A stretch of 32,042 nucleotides of DNA from an uncultured Candidatus Peregrinibacteria bacterium (GTDB lineage: Bacteria > Patescibacteriota > Gracilibacteria > Peribacterales > Peribacteraceae). This document shows positions 8,358 to 16,370 of the stretch, piece by piece. The stretch is taken from positions 1 to 32,042 of the forward strand of contig CAIJNU010000060.1 in the NCBI GenBank assembly GCA_903822115.1. Direction: 5' to 3'. The notes below the pieces were generated by a model that did no database searches, was not told the origin of the DNA, and saw nothing but the letters and a program-made list of their open reading frames with translations. The stretch's first letter is position 1. The number at the start of each line of letters is the position of its first letter. A program made the translations under genes and the position numbers.

Positions 8358-9419
8358 ATGGAAATTCGCCCCGCCACCGATCCCCTCTCTTGGGACAGTT
8401 TCCTCCTGTCGCAACAATTTCGTCCGTTCCTTCAGAGTTGGACGATGGGCGAGGTGTACCGGGACATCGGACAGGAACCGATCCGACTGGAGGCACAGCA
8501 AGACGGGAAGACCATCGGCATCTGCTTCGCGCACATCGTCCACGCGAGGCGCGGCAGACATCTATCCGTGCCCTACGGCCCCGTTGTCGCATCGCAGGAG
8601 GCGCTGACGGCGCTCCTCGAAGCACTGACGAAAGTGGCGCAAGATCACCAGTGTGCATTCGTTCGCATCAGTCCGTTCTGGCCGTCTTCCTCCCCCTTCA
8701 TCCACAACCTCCCGTCATCATCGCTATCTTCTCCGCTCCATCTCCTCGCAGAGCACCTCTGGTATCTTCCGCTTCGCTCACCTGATGTCTGGGACCCAAC
8801 GCCCGCTGCTGACCACGAAGAAGGTACGAGAATCACAGAGGAAGCTTTGATGGCAGGAATGCGCTCAACAGCCCGAAATCTCATTCGACGTGCGAAGAAG
8901 GAGGGCGTTACCGTGACGCGATCAATGGATCCAGTCACCGATCTCCCCTCTTTCCTCAATCTCCACGATGAGACGAGACGACGCCACCACTTCACACCGT
9001 ACTCCACGTCATTCTTCCGCGCCCAGGTCTCCCGATTCGCGCGCTCGGGCAACGTCGCCCTCTACCTCGCGCACTACCAAGGAGAGGTGATTTCCGCCTC
9101 CATCCACATGATATTCGGCGGCGAAACCAGCTACCACCACGGCGCGAGCACGCTCAAGTACCGAAACATTCCCTCGAGCTACCTGCTCCAGTGGACCGCC
9201 ATCTGCGATGCGCTCGAGAGAGGAGATCGCGTCTACAACTTCTGGGGTGTCTCTCCGGAAGGCGCGAAGAAGCATCCTTTCGCCGGCGTGCGCACCTTCA
9301 AGACCGCTTTCGGAGGGAATCTGCTGGAGATCGCACACTGCAGGGACATTCCCCTCTCTCCGCTCTACCATCTCACGCGCGCCGTCGAAACGTGGCGCAA
9401 GTGGCGACGGGGTTTTTGA
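8358..9419 (+). CDS. FemAB-family (aminoacyl-tRNA-dependent) peptidoglycan peptide-branch transferase
   Basis: FLQSWTMGEVY..., RSTARNLIRRAKKEGVTV, LHDETRRRHHF, LYLAHYQGEVISASIHMIFGGETSYHHGAS and SSYLLQWTAICDALERGDRVYNFWGV follow the FemX/FemA/FemB pattern. TAGCAT (8346-8351) lies 6 nt upstream of the ATG. Confidence 0.85.
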   Translation: MEIRPATDPLSWDSFLLSQQFRPFLQSWTMGEVYRDIGQEPIRLEAQQDGKTIGICFAHIVHARRGRHLSVPYGPVVASQEALTALLEALTKVAQDHQCAFVRISPFWPSSSPFIHNLPSSSLSSPLHLLAEHLWYLPLRSPDVWDPTPAADHEEGTRITEEALMAGMRSTARNLIRRAKKEGVTVTRSMDPVTDLPSFLNLHDETRRRHHFTPYSTSFFRAQVSRFARSGNVALYLAHYQGEVISASIHMIFGGETSYHHGASTLKYRNIPSSYLLQWTAICDALERGDRVYNFWGVSPEGAKKHPFAGVRTFKTAFGGNLLEIAHCRDIPLSPLYHLTRAVETWRKWRRGF

Positions 9420-9436
9420 GCGCGTATGCTGTGAGC

Positions 9437-9757
9437 ATGAAGCAAGAAGAAGCCCTGACCAACGAGGAGAGGCTCGACAGGATTCTCCTCCACCTGGAGC
9501 GTCTCGATCGCCGAGACAAGATACGAACGTGGGGCGGGCTCGTTCACGGTATCCTCTCGCTCATCCCCACCGTGCTCCTCCTCTTGGGGCTCTGGTACTT
9601 TTACAATAATAGTGCGGCAATCATGCAATCCATTACGCAGCAAGCTGCGCAACAGGCGGCCGCCGTCGCATCGGGCATCCAAAAGGGAGCGGCTGTCTCC
9701 CTCCCAATCACTCCAGATGTGATCAAGCAATTGAAGCAAGCACTACACCTAAAATAA
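9437..9757 (+). CDS. small single-pass membrane protein, hypothetical
   Basis: MKQEEALTNEERLDRILLHLERLDRRDKIRTWGG, then the TM helix LVHGILSLIPTVLLLLGLWYFY, then a Q/A-rich tail. The track ORF from 9191 overlaps femAB. ATG 9437 has TATGCT (9425-9430) 6 nt upstream. Confidence 0.55.
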   Translation: MKQEEALTNEERLDRILLHLERLDRRDKIRTWGGLVHGILSLIPTVLLLLGLWYFYNNSAAIMQSITQQAAQQAAAVASGIQKGAAVSLPITPDVIKQLKQALHLK

Positions 9758-9782
9758 AAGCACGCCTCTCGACGTGCTTTTT
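9757..9782. terminator. bidirectional rho-independent terminator between convergent genes
   Basis: AAAAGCACG-CCTCTCGA-CGTGCTTTTT: a 9-bp stem flanked by an A-run and a T-run. It lies between the stop at 9755-9757 (+) and the stop at 9802-9804 (-). Confidence 0.7.
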
Positions 9783-9801
9783 AAATGCCTAGAAATTTCG
9801 C

Positions 9802-11262
9802 TTACTTCACCAAGTGCAACACATCATCCGGCGTCATGGTTGGGGACACTGAGAAACTTGGCATGCTGAGGAATTGGCTGCGATTGACCTGCTTGTCCGG
9901 AATATTGCCGATACCGAAAAGGTAGCCGGCAGCAGCAGCCGTCTGCGCGACGCGGTCATTCACGCCGCCCTGCGGATAATCGATGGCAAAGACCGGCTTC
10001 GCCGTCATGTCCTCGAGGAGCTTGCGACTCTCCTGCACCTCCAGCGTCACCTGCGCATCTGTGAGCGCGCGCAGATCTTCGCCCGAGTGCCCCGCCGACT
10101 GGACATCGTATCCATTGGCGATGAGCGTGAGGAGCGTCTTCTGGGTAATGCCCGTAAGACCAACCTCTTTCGTCTGAATGAAGAACGTCGCCGGCACGCC
10201 AGCCGCCGAAAGCGCGTCAGATGCCGCCCGAATATTGCTCGCATTCAAGCCCTCGATCGCGACGACAACCGCCTTCGATGGAAGGCGCACATCCTTTGCT
10301 TCCTGCTGGATCACAATTTGTTGTACGTCTCGCATGAGAAGGAAGGTCAATCCCGCATTTTTCAGTTTCTGAAGTTGTGCGGGAAGGTTTTGCAATATGA
10401 CACTCTGACTCACGTCAAACTGGAGAATAGGAAGCGTAAATTTCTCCTGACGCACGATGAACGTCGGAGAGAACGACGCAATGTAGTCCATGGATACGTA
10501 AGCTTCCTTGCCATCAAATGAAATGCGCGCCCATCCCTTGTTGATCGAGAGAGGATGAAGGAATGTCAGATTGGGAATTTCCCCTATTTTCGCGCTCTTG
10601 GGATCCGCTTTCTGTCTAACATTCACATGAGCGTAGTGCACATAGTAGAGATTCGCGTACGGCTTCTTCTCATCAGCCAGACGATCACTCGTCGTGAGTC
10701 TTCCGAGGTACGTGATCGCGACGTATCCCGTCTGCCCGTCAGACATCTGTACTTTCGCCCATCCCGCATTCACGAATTCCACCACCGTCACCGCATCCCC
10801 GCGATTAAATCGGCCGATCTCCTTCCCCGAGACACTCGGCGACGACCGAATATTAAGAAACGAATTTGTAACCCTATAGACATTCCCCTGATCGACCGTC
10901 CCGCTCGCCCTCAACCCCTCATACTGCTTCACCATGGAGAGATCCAGAACCGGCGGTGCCTCCACTGCTGTTCCGCTCCCCGTCGTCGTATCCAAAGGAG
11001 CGAGAGAGGAAGCGACTGCGGTTCCGCTCGCCGTTCCAAGCCCCTGAGACGCCAAGCGTTGGAAACGAGCGATGTCCTGCTCGGTAAACGTGAGATTGTT
11101 CGCGTTCGAACCGGAAGACGTGGGAGGCTTCACAGGCGCGCTGCTACATCCCGCAAACAGAATGCCAAACGAGGCAATGAGGAGGAACGCCACGAGGGGT
11201 GCGACGAACGAGAATCGTTGGGCGCGCCTCGGGACTGCGCGGCGGGAACGGTAGCGAACCAT
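9802..11262 (-). CDS. lipoprotein with two SH3b domains and a C-terminal polysaccharide deacetylase (NodB/CE4-like) domain
   Basis: Signal peptide with lipobox (LLIASFGILFAGCSS). Two SH3b-like units (YRVTNSFLNIRSSPSVSGKEIGRFNRGDAVTVVE...GWAKVQMSDGQTGYVAITYL and YVHYAHVNVRQKADPKSAKIGEI...GWARISFDGKEAYVSMDYI). The C-terminal region ATFFIQTKEVG...ANGYDVQSAGHSGEDL is deacetylase-like. Confidence 0.7.
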   Translation of the reverse strand: MVRYRSRRAVPRRAQRFSFVAPLVAFLLIASFGILFAGCSSAPVKPPTSSGSNANNLTFTEQDIARFQRLASQGLGTASGTAVASSLAPLDTTTGSGTAVEAPPVLDLSMVKQYEGLRASGTVDQGNVYRVTNSFLNIRSSPSVSGKEIGRFNRGDAVTVVEFVNAGWAKVQMSDGQTGYVAITYLGRLTTSDRLADEKKPYANLYYVHYAHVNVRQKADPKSAKIGEIPNLTFLHPLSINKGWARISFDGKEAYVSMDYIASFSPTFIVRQEKFTLPILQFDVSQSVILQNLPAQLQKLKNAGLTFLLMRDVQQIVIQQEAKDVRLPSKAVVVAIEGLNASNIRAASDALSAAGVPATFFIQTKEVGLTGITQKTLLTLIANGYDVQSAGHSGEDLRALTDAQVTLEVQESRKLLEDMTAKPVFAIDYPQGGVNDRVAQTAAAAGYLFGIGNIPDKQVNRSQFLSMPSFSVSPTMTPDDVLHLVK

Positions 11263-11294
11263 GATGGGATGGGGAAAAGAGGGATGGGGAAGAA

Positions 11295-13001
11295 TTACAT
11301 GCGGTCGGGAAGTCGCAGGGTGAGGAGTTCCGCGCCGGTGCGCAGCACATCCGCCATCTCCCGCGTGAGCGTGAGTCGAAAATCCCTCTGATCGCTCTCG
11401 GCCTTGAGGATGGGCTCACGGTTGTAGAACGCGTTGAAATCCTGACAGAGCTGAAAGAGATAATTGGCAAGCTTATGCGGCATGCGCGTCTCACGCGCAT
11501 CTTCGAGCACCGACGGAAAGAGGAGGAGTGTCTTGAGAAGGAGCCGCTCCGTCTCCGCGAGCACTTCGATGTCGTCGGGAAATTGTTGCTTTTCGTTCGC
11601 GTCGCCCTTTCTGAGAACGGAACGAGCCCGCGCGTGCGTGTACTGCAGGTAGGGGGCGCTGTTCCCCTCGAAACTGAGGAACTTGTCCCAATCGAACACC
11701 ATGTCCATCTTCCGATTCTGGCTAAGAATTCCGTACGCTACGGCTCCTACTCCCATCATCTCGGCGAGCGCCGCTTCGTCATCCGTCTGAATCGTCTCAC
11801 GGTGATCCGCAATCACCTGCTTCGCGCGCGTCACCGCCTCGTCGAGCACCTCCTCGAGCTTGAGGATGTTGCCCTTGCGCGTGCTCATCTGCCGATCGAT
11901 GAAGCGCATGCGTCCGAAGATCACGTGTTCCATCACCGGAAGATCCCACTCCAACAGCTTGAGCGTGGCAAAGAGCTGCTGGAAATACTGCTGCTGCGCC
12001 ACGTCAACGACGTAGAGAATCTCAAGCGGATGCCACGTATCGATGCGGTAGCGGGCAGTGGCCAGATCCCGCGTGAAGTAAATCGTTGAGCCGTCCGCTT
12101 TCAGCACGATTGCCGGGGGGAGCTTCGTCTCCTCGGGAAATTCCACGATCAACGCCCCCTCCTTCCCAATCGTGAAGAGCTTCTTCGCTTTCCCCTCCTC
12201 GAGGATCGGCGCCATCTTATCCTCGTAAAAGCTCTCGCCCTGTACGAGGTCGAACGTCACGTGCAATCGTTCGTACGGACGTTGCATGGATCGCATCGTG
12301 ATGCCGACAACCGTCTCCCAGAACGTCCGGAGATCGCTCTGTCCCTGCTCGAGATCACGGAAAGCCAATCGCGCCTCTTCTTCCAGCGACTCATCTTTCT
12401 CTGCTTCATCGTGAAATTTCACGTAGAGGCCAAGGAGCTCGTCAAGCGTGTACTGCTCTATGGGCTTGGTTCCCCAACGCCGAAATGCAACGGCGAGTTT
12501 CCCGAATTGTGTCCCCCAATCGCCGATGTGATTGATAGCAATCGCGTTGTAGCCGGCATTCCTGTAAATATTGGTGATCGCCTGACCGACAATGGTGCTG
12601 AGAAGGTGATGAACGCCGAGGGGTTTGGCGATGTTGGGGTGGGAGTAATCCAATACGACATTCTGCTTCTTGCGCTGATTTGCCTTCACACTCTCGACAT
12701 GCGCCTTGCGCGATGCGGAGAGTTCGCGAAGGAGAGCCGCCGGCTTGAGCCACACGTTCACGTAACCGGTTCCCGCCACCTCTGCACGCTCCACCTCTGG
12801 AAGCTTCGAAAGCTCTTGCGCAAGAGACTTTGCAACCACCATGGGCTTCTCTCCGATGTTCTTGGCTAGGGAAAGCGCAATGCTCGTCGATGCATCTCCC
12901 CTCTGGGATTCTCTCGGACTTTGCCACTGCACTATTGCGTCGGAGACTCCATACGTTTTTTGGAGAAATTCCTGTGCCCGCATTGTAAGAAATCCAAACA
13001 T
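11295..13001 (-). CDS. argS: arginine--tRNA ligase
   Basis: Class I HIGH region (DYSHPNIAKPLGVHHLLSTIVGQAI), the MSTRKG motif, a DALR-type anticodon-binding C-terminus ending in ...RM, and a typical length of 568 aa. An alternative start is M7 at 12983. Confidence 0.95.
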   Translation of the reverse strand: MFGFLTMRAQEFLQKTYGVSDAIVQWQSPRESQRGDASTSIALSLAKNIGEKPMVVAKSLAQELSKLPEVERAEVAGTGYVNVWLKPAALLRELSASRKAHVESVKANQRKKQNVVLDYSHPNIAKPLGVHHLLSTIVGQAITNIYRNAGYNAIAINHIGDWGTQFGKLAVAFRRWGTKPIEQYTLDELLGLYVKFHDEAEKDESLEEEARLAFRDLEQGQSDLRTFWETVVGITMRSMQRPYERLHVTFDLVQGESFYEDKMAPILEEGKAKKLFTIGKEGALIVEFPEETKLPPAIVLKADGSTIYFTRDLATARYRIDTWHPLEILYVVDVAQQQYFQQLFATLKLLEWDLPVMEHVIFGRMRFIDRQMSTRKGNILKLEEVLDEAVTRAKQVIADHRETIQTDDEAALAEMMGVGAVAYGILSQNRKMDMVFDWDKFLSFEGNSAPYLQYTHARARSVLRKGDANEKQQFPDDIEVLAETERLLLKTLLLFPSVLEDARETRMPHKLANYLFQLCQDFNAFYNREPILKAESDQRDFRLTLTREMADVLRTGAELLTLRLPDRM

Positions 13002-13145
13002 TTCGTTAAGATTGTTTTCCCCTCATTGAACAAAAGTGATACTCAGGGAATACCGCAAAATGTAGCACTCGCATCGTGTATTGCCACTTGAAACAATAAT
13101 TTGATCTTGCACACAGAATGTCCTCATTGTTTGGACACTTTTTGT

Positions 13146-13161
13146 GTGCACGGTCGTGCAC
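13146..13161. promoter_or_regulatory. 16-bp palindrome (possible operator) in an AT-rich divergent intergenic region
   Basis: GTGCACGGTCGTGCAC has 7 of 8 positions self-complementary on each arm. It is flanked by CACTTTT direct repeats. Confidence 0.3.
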
Positions 13162-13263
13162 CACTTTTCAAGAACAAAAAATCTGCGCTTGAAGCAATTG
13201 ATTGCTCACGGGATGAATACGAATTTGATGCGAATACTATCACTCCCCTGATCGCCCCTCTCC

Positions 13264-13292
13264 TTGTCTCTGTGGCGCGAGAGAGTTAGAAT
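13264..13292 (+). promoter_or_regulatory. sigma70-like promoter for a leaderless lipoprotein gene
   Basis: TTGTCT (13264-13269), a 17-nt spacer, TAGAAT (13287-13292), then 7 nt to the ATG at 13300. Confidence 0.5.
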
Positions 13293-13299
13293 CCAATCA

Positions 13300-14100
13300 A
13301 TGGATAAGCAATTGACGTGGGCAGGAAGTCTCCTCGTGACCTGTATCTTCTTTTCTGCATGCGGATCTTCGCATCCAAGCCCCCAACCAAAATCATCCAC
13401 AGGAAATATGATCGTAAAAGGAGAACCTCGCCCCAGCGCGAACCTCGGATTGTTTGTGTCCACGTACATAGGCGGTGGGGACACGACTCCTGCTGCTTCC
13501 GCACTTAAGGGGGTCGAAGCTCAAGTGAAACTGCACACGGAATTCAATCCGCTCGATAGCACCGATACCTTCTCACTGCTCAATGAATTCGGCTCCATCC
13601 TGCAGATTGATATTTCGGATCTGCTCAATCGTTCCACCGATCGACCGAAGACGCTCACGCAGTACACCGATAGTCTGAAGAACATAACGGCTCGCGCAAA
13701 GCAGACGGCGCAAGATTTGAGCGATCACGGGGACACGCTCAACAAAGACCTGCGCGATGCGCAGTCCAACCTCTCGAGTATCCGAAACAAATTGGATACG
13801 GCCAAGAATAAGAATGATTTCGCGACGGCGGGTGCACTGCAGAAGGATCTCGCTGATGCGCAGACCAAGGTGGGAGAGATCAACGCCAAAGAACAGGAGA
13901 ATAGAGACACTCTCACGACGTACCAGAATCTCATCGCCATCGCAGACCAACGCATCAAGGCCATCGAGCAGAATCGTGAAGCGCTGATTGCGGGAGTGAA
14001 GGTGATGGATATCCCCGGCGTTGATAATCTCGGAGTAATTCAGGGCCGATCGAGCCGTGCCGGCGGCACCTCGCTCTTCCAACCGCCCCCGAGCTTGTGA
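13300..14100 (+). CDS. lipoprotein with coiled-coil region, hypothetical (possible accessory of VirB4 module)
   Basis: MDKQLTWAGSLLVTCIFFSACGSS is a signal peptide plus lipobox. A long heptad-like charged region follows (KDLRDAQSNLSSIRNKLDTAKNKNDF...LQKDLADAQTKVGEINAKEQENRD). The track ORF starts at TTG 13264. Confidence 0.6.
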   Translation: MDKQLTWAGSLLVTCIFFSACGSSHPSPQPKSSTGNMIVKGEPRPSANLGLFVSTYIGGGDTTPAASALKGVEAQVKLHTEFNPLDSTDTFSLLNEFGSILQIDISDLLNRSTDRPKTLTQYTDSLKNITARAKQTAQDLSDHGDTLNKDLRDAQSNLSSIRNKLDTAKNKNDFATAGALQKDLADAQTKVGEINAKEQENRDTLTTYQNLIAIADQRIKAIEQNREALIAGVKVMDIPGVDNLGVIQGRSSRAGGTSLFQPPPSL

Positions 14101-14155
14101 AACCATAATCCTTTGATTTCGCAGTCCTAAGCCATATTCGCGATAGGAGACAGGA

Positions 14156-14184
14156 TTGAGAAAAGGGGTGTTTTGTGCTATACT
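14156..14184 (+). promoter_or_regulatory. sigma70-like promoter upstream of the VirB4-like gene
   Basis: TTGAGA (14156-14161), a 17-nt spacer, TATACT (14179-14184). The GTG start at 14208 gives a leader of roughly 17 nt without a Shine-Dalgarno. Confidence 0.5.
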
Positions 14185-14207
14185 TATGAGAATTCATTGA
14201 ATCAGAA

Positions 14208-16370
14208 GTGGCAAACACACCTCCAATCCCAAAGGCCCCCCACACTCCTCCCCCGCTCCTCGTCGCCATCGACGATCTGCTGGGTCTCCATAACCAAGCC
14301 GAGACCGCACTGACGAAAGGGAACGAAGGAGAAACGCTCACGCCCGCCGAACGCGAATCCATCAAGCACTACGAGGAAGGATTGCAGAAAATCCTCGATA
14401 TCATCGCACCCTCCGCCATGGAGATTCGCAATACGGAGATCCTCCTCAATGATCAGTTCGTGCGGACGCTCTACGTGTACAACTGGCCGAACTACATCTT
14501 CCCCAACTGGCTCTCGCAACTCGTGAACACCGACGCGCAGATGGAGATCTCGCAGTTCATCTACCCCTCAAGCAACAAAGCCATCCTGAAAATGCTCCGC
14601 AAGAAAGTCGTGGAATTGCGATCATCGATCCGCATGCTCGAACAGCGCGGCATCGTCCGCGATCCGTCGCTCGAGGCGGCACTGCAGGACGCCGAAGAGC
14701 TTCGGGATCTGCTCGCACGAGGCCGCGAAAAGCTCTTCCAGCTCGGCATGTACGTCACGATCTACGCCGAGGACGAGGAGAAGCTCAAGAAGCTGCAGAC
14801 GGACATCGAATCGATGCTCGGAGGAAAGCTCGTACTCACGCGGCCGTCATACTTCCAGATGGAGCACGCGTTCACGTCGACACTCCCGCTGTGTCTCGAC
14901 GAACTGGAGATCAACCGCAACATGAACACGTCGCCGCTCTCGACGAGCTTCCCCTTCTCCAGCTCCGACCTCACGAGCGACCACGGAATTCTCTACGGCA
15001 TCAACCGCCACAACGAAAGTCTCGTCATCTTCGACCGCTTCGATCTACCCAATGCGAACGCAAACGTGTTCGCCATCTCCGGCGCAGGAAAATCGTTCGC
15101 GGTGAAGCTCGAGATTCTGCGCTCGCTCATGCTCGACACCGAAGTGCTCGTCGTCGATCCGGAGAACGAGTACGTCGACCTCTGCAAGACCGTCGGCGGA
15201 TCGTTCGTTCCCCTCTCGCTCCAGAGCTCCCTGCACCTCAACCCCTTCGATCTACCGCGCGCCGTTCGCGGAGAGGAAGCGGAGACGGGAGAAGTGCTGC
15301 GCGCGGCCACCATCAACCTCCACGGACTCTTCAAGCTCATGCTCGGCAGCCTGACGCCCGCGGAAGATGGCATCTTGGACAAGGCAATCATCGACACCTA
15401 CGCGCTCAAGGGCATCGCTCTCACGACGCCCAACCCCGGCAGCAACGAACCGCCCACGCTCCACGACCTCGTCGACGTACTCCTGACAACGGAGGGCGGC
15501 GAGAACATGGCAAAGGTGCTCCAGAAGTACACAGCCGGAAGCTACGCGGGCATCTTCGATCAGCAGACGAACGTGAAGATGGAGAACCAGCTCGTCGTCT
15601 TCCAGATTCGCGATCTCGAGGAGCAGCTGCGTCCCATCGCGATCTACATCGTGCTGAACTTCCTCTGGAATAAGGTGCGAAGCGAACTCAAGAAGCGCTA
15701 TCTCGTCATAGATGAAGCGTGGAACCTGATGCAACACGAGGATTCCGCGCGCTTCCTCTTCGGCATCGTGAAGCGGGCGCGCAAGTACTTCCTCGGCATC
15801 ACGACGATCACGCAGGACATCGAAGACTTCGTGAATTCGCCCTACGGAAAACCGATCATCACGAACTCCTCGCTCCAGATCCTCCTGCGCCAGTCCCCCA
15901 CCGCCGTCGACAACCTCCAGAAACTCTTCTACCTCACGGAGGGTGAGAAGTACGTCCTTCTCAACTCCGGCATCGGGCAGGGAATCTTCTTCGCCTCCAA
16001 CAAGCACGTCGCCATCGAGATCATCGCGAGCCCCTCGGAGGCGGCGATCATCACCACGAAGCCGGAGGAAATCCTCGCGAAGCGTGCGGAGCAGGCCATC
16101 GTGGAGCGAGAGAAAGTCATCCAGGCACGCAAGCAGGGCGTCGATGCCCAGAACGTCAATCTCCCGCTCGCTTCAGTGCAACCGTCAACTCCGACTGCGG
16201 CACCGACCCCCGTCCCCGAGGGCCATCCCGCAACTGAACCGGTCCCGCTCACGCCTTCCACACCCGTCCCAACACCGACACCCCCTGCGGAAAAAAAGAC
16301 AGAGCAGCCGCAAACATCTGCGACACCGCTGACCCAGGTGACGCCACCACCGGAAGCGATGCCTCAGTGA
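14208..16370 (+). CDS. virB4: VirB4/TraC/PrgJ-like type IV secretion ATPase with Pro/Thr-rich C-terminal tail
   Basis: Walker A FAISGAGKSFAVK, LHLNPFDL, Walker B RYLVIDEAWNLM and ITTITQDIEDF. The N-terminal region is typical of Gram-positive-type VirB4 (RTLYVYNWPNYIFPNWLSQL). The last ~68 aa (about 16164-16367) are P/T/A-rich low complexity. Confidence 0.85.
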   Translation: MANTPPIPKAPHTPPPLLVAIDDLLGLHNQAETALTKGNEGETLTPAERESIKHYEEGLQKILDIIAPSAMEIRNTEILLNDQFVRTLYVYNWPNYIFPNWLSQLVNTDAQMEISQFIYPSSNKAILKMLRKKVVELRSSIRMLEQRGIVRDPSLEAALQDAEELRDLLARGREKLFQLGMYVTIYAEDEEKLKKLQTDIESMLGGKLVLTRPSYFQMEHAFTSTLPLCLDELEINRNMNTSPLSTSFPFSSSDLTSDHGILYGINRHNESLVIFDRFDLPNANANVFAISGAGKSFAVKLEILRSLMLDTEVLVVDPENEYVDLCKTVGGSFVPLSLQSSLHLNPFDLPRAVRGEEAETGEVLRAATINLHGLFKLMLGSLTPAEDGILDKAIIDTYALKGIALTTPNPGSNEPPTLHDLVDVLLTTEGGENMAKVLQKYTAGSYAGIFDQQTNVKMENQLVVFQIRDLEEQLRPIAIYIVLNFLWNKVRSELKKRYLVIDEAWNLMQHEDSARFLFGIVKRARKYFLGITTITQDIEDFVNSPYGKPIITNSSLQILLRQSPTAVDNLQKLFYLTEGEKYVLLNSGIGQGIFFASNKHVAIEIIASPSEAAIITTKPEEILAKRAEQAIVEREKVIQARKQGVDAQNVNLPLASVQPSTPTAAPTPVPEGHPATEPVPLTPSTPVPTPTPPAEKKTEQPQTSATPLTQVTPPPEAMPQ

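Noticed and set aside
9191-9436. N-terminal extension of the small TM protein ORF, overlapping 229 nt of femAB.
   Set aside because: It is an Arg-rich out-of-frame read of femAB. ATG 9437 has the TATGCT box 6 nt upstream and gives a sensible protein.
11266-11290. Direct repeat GGGATGGGGA x2 in the 32-nt argS/deacetylase spacer. It is C-rich on the transcribed strand.
   Set aside because: It is too short to assign a function and is not SD-like on the mRNA strand. I note it only as a possible spacer element.
10555-11391. 278-aa antisense ORF spanning the deacetylase 5' end and the argS 3' end.
   Set aside because: It crosses a gene boundary on the opposite strand and has shadow-ORF composition.
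13101-13289. 62-aa ORF with a CPHC...C motif in the argS/lipoprotein spacer.
   Set aside because: It has a TTG start and no upstream TAnnnT box at the usual distance. It overlaps the lipoprotein promoter, and its AT-rich composition is unlike the coding regions here. It is probably not a gene.
15252-16007. 251-aa antisense ORF, and the 14891-15673 alternate-frame ORF, inside the VirB4-like gene.
   Set aside because: Its composition is that of a shadow ORF. The sense frame has Walker A/B and VirB4 motifs throughout.
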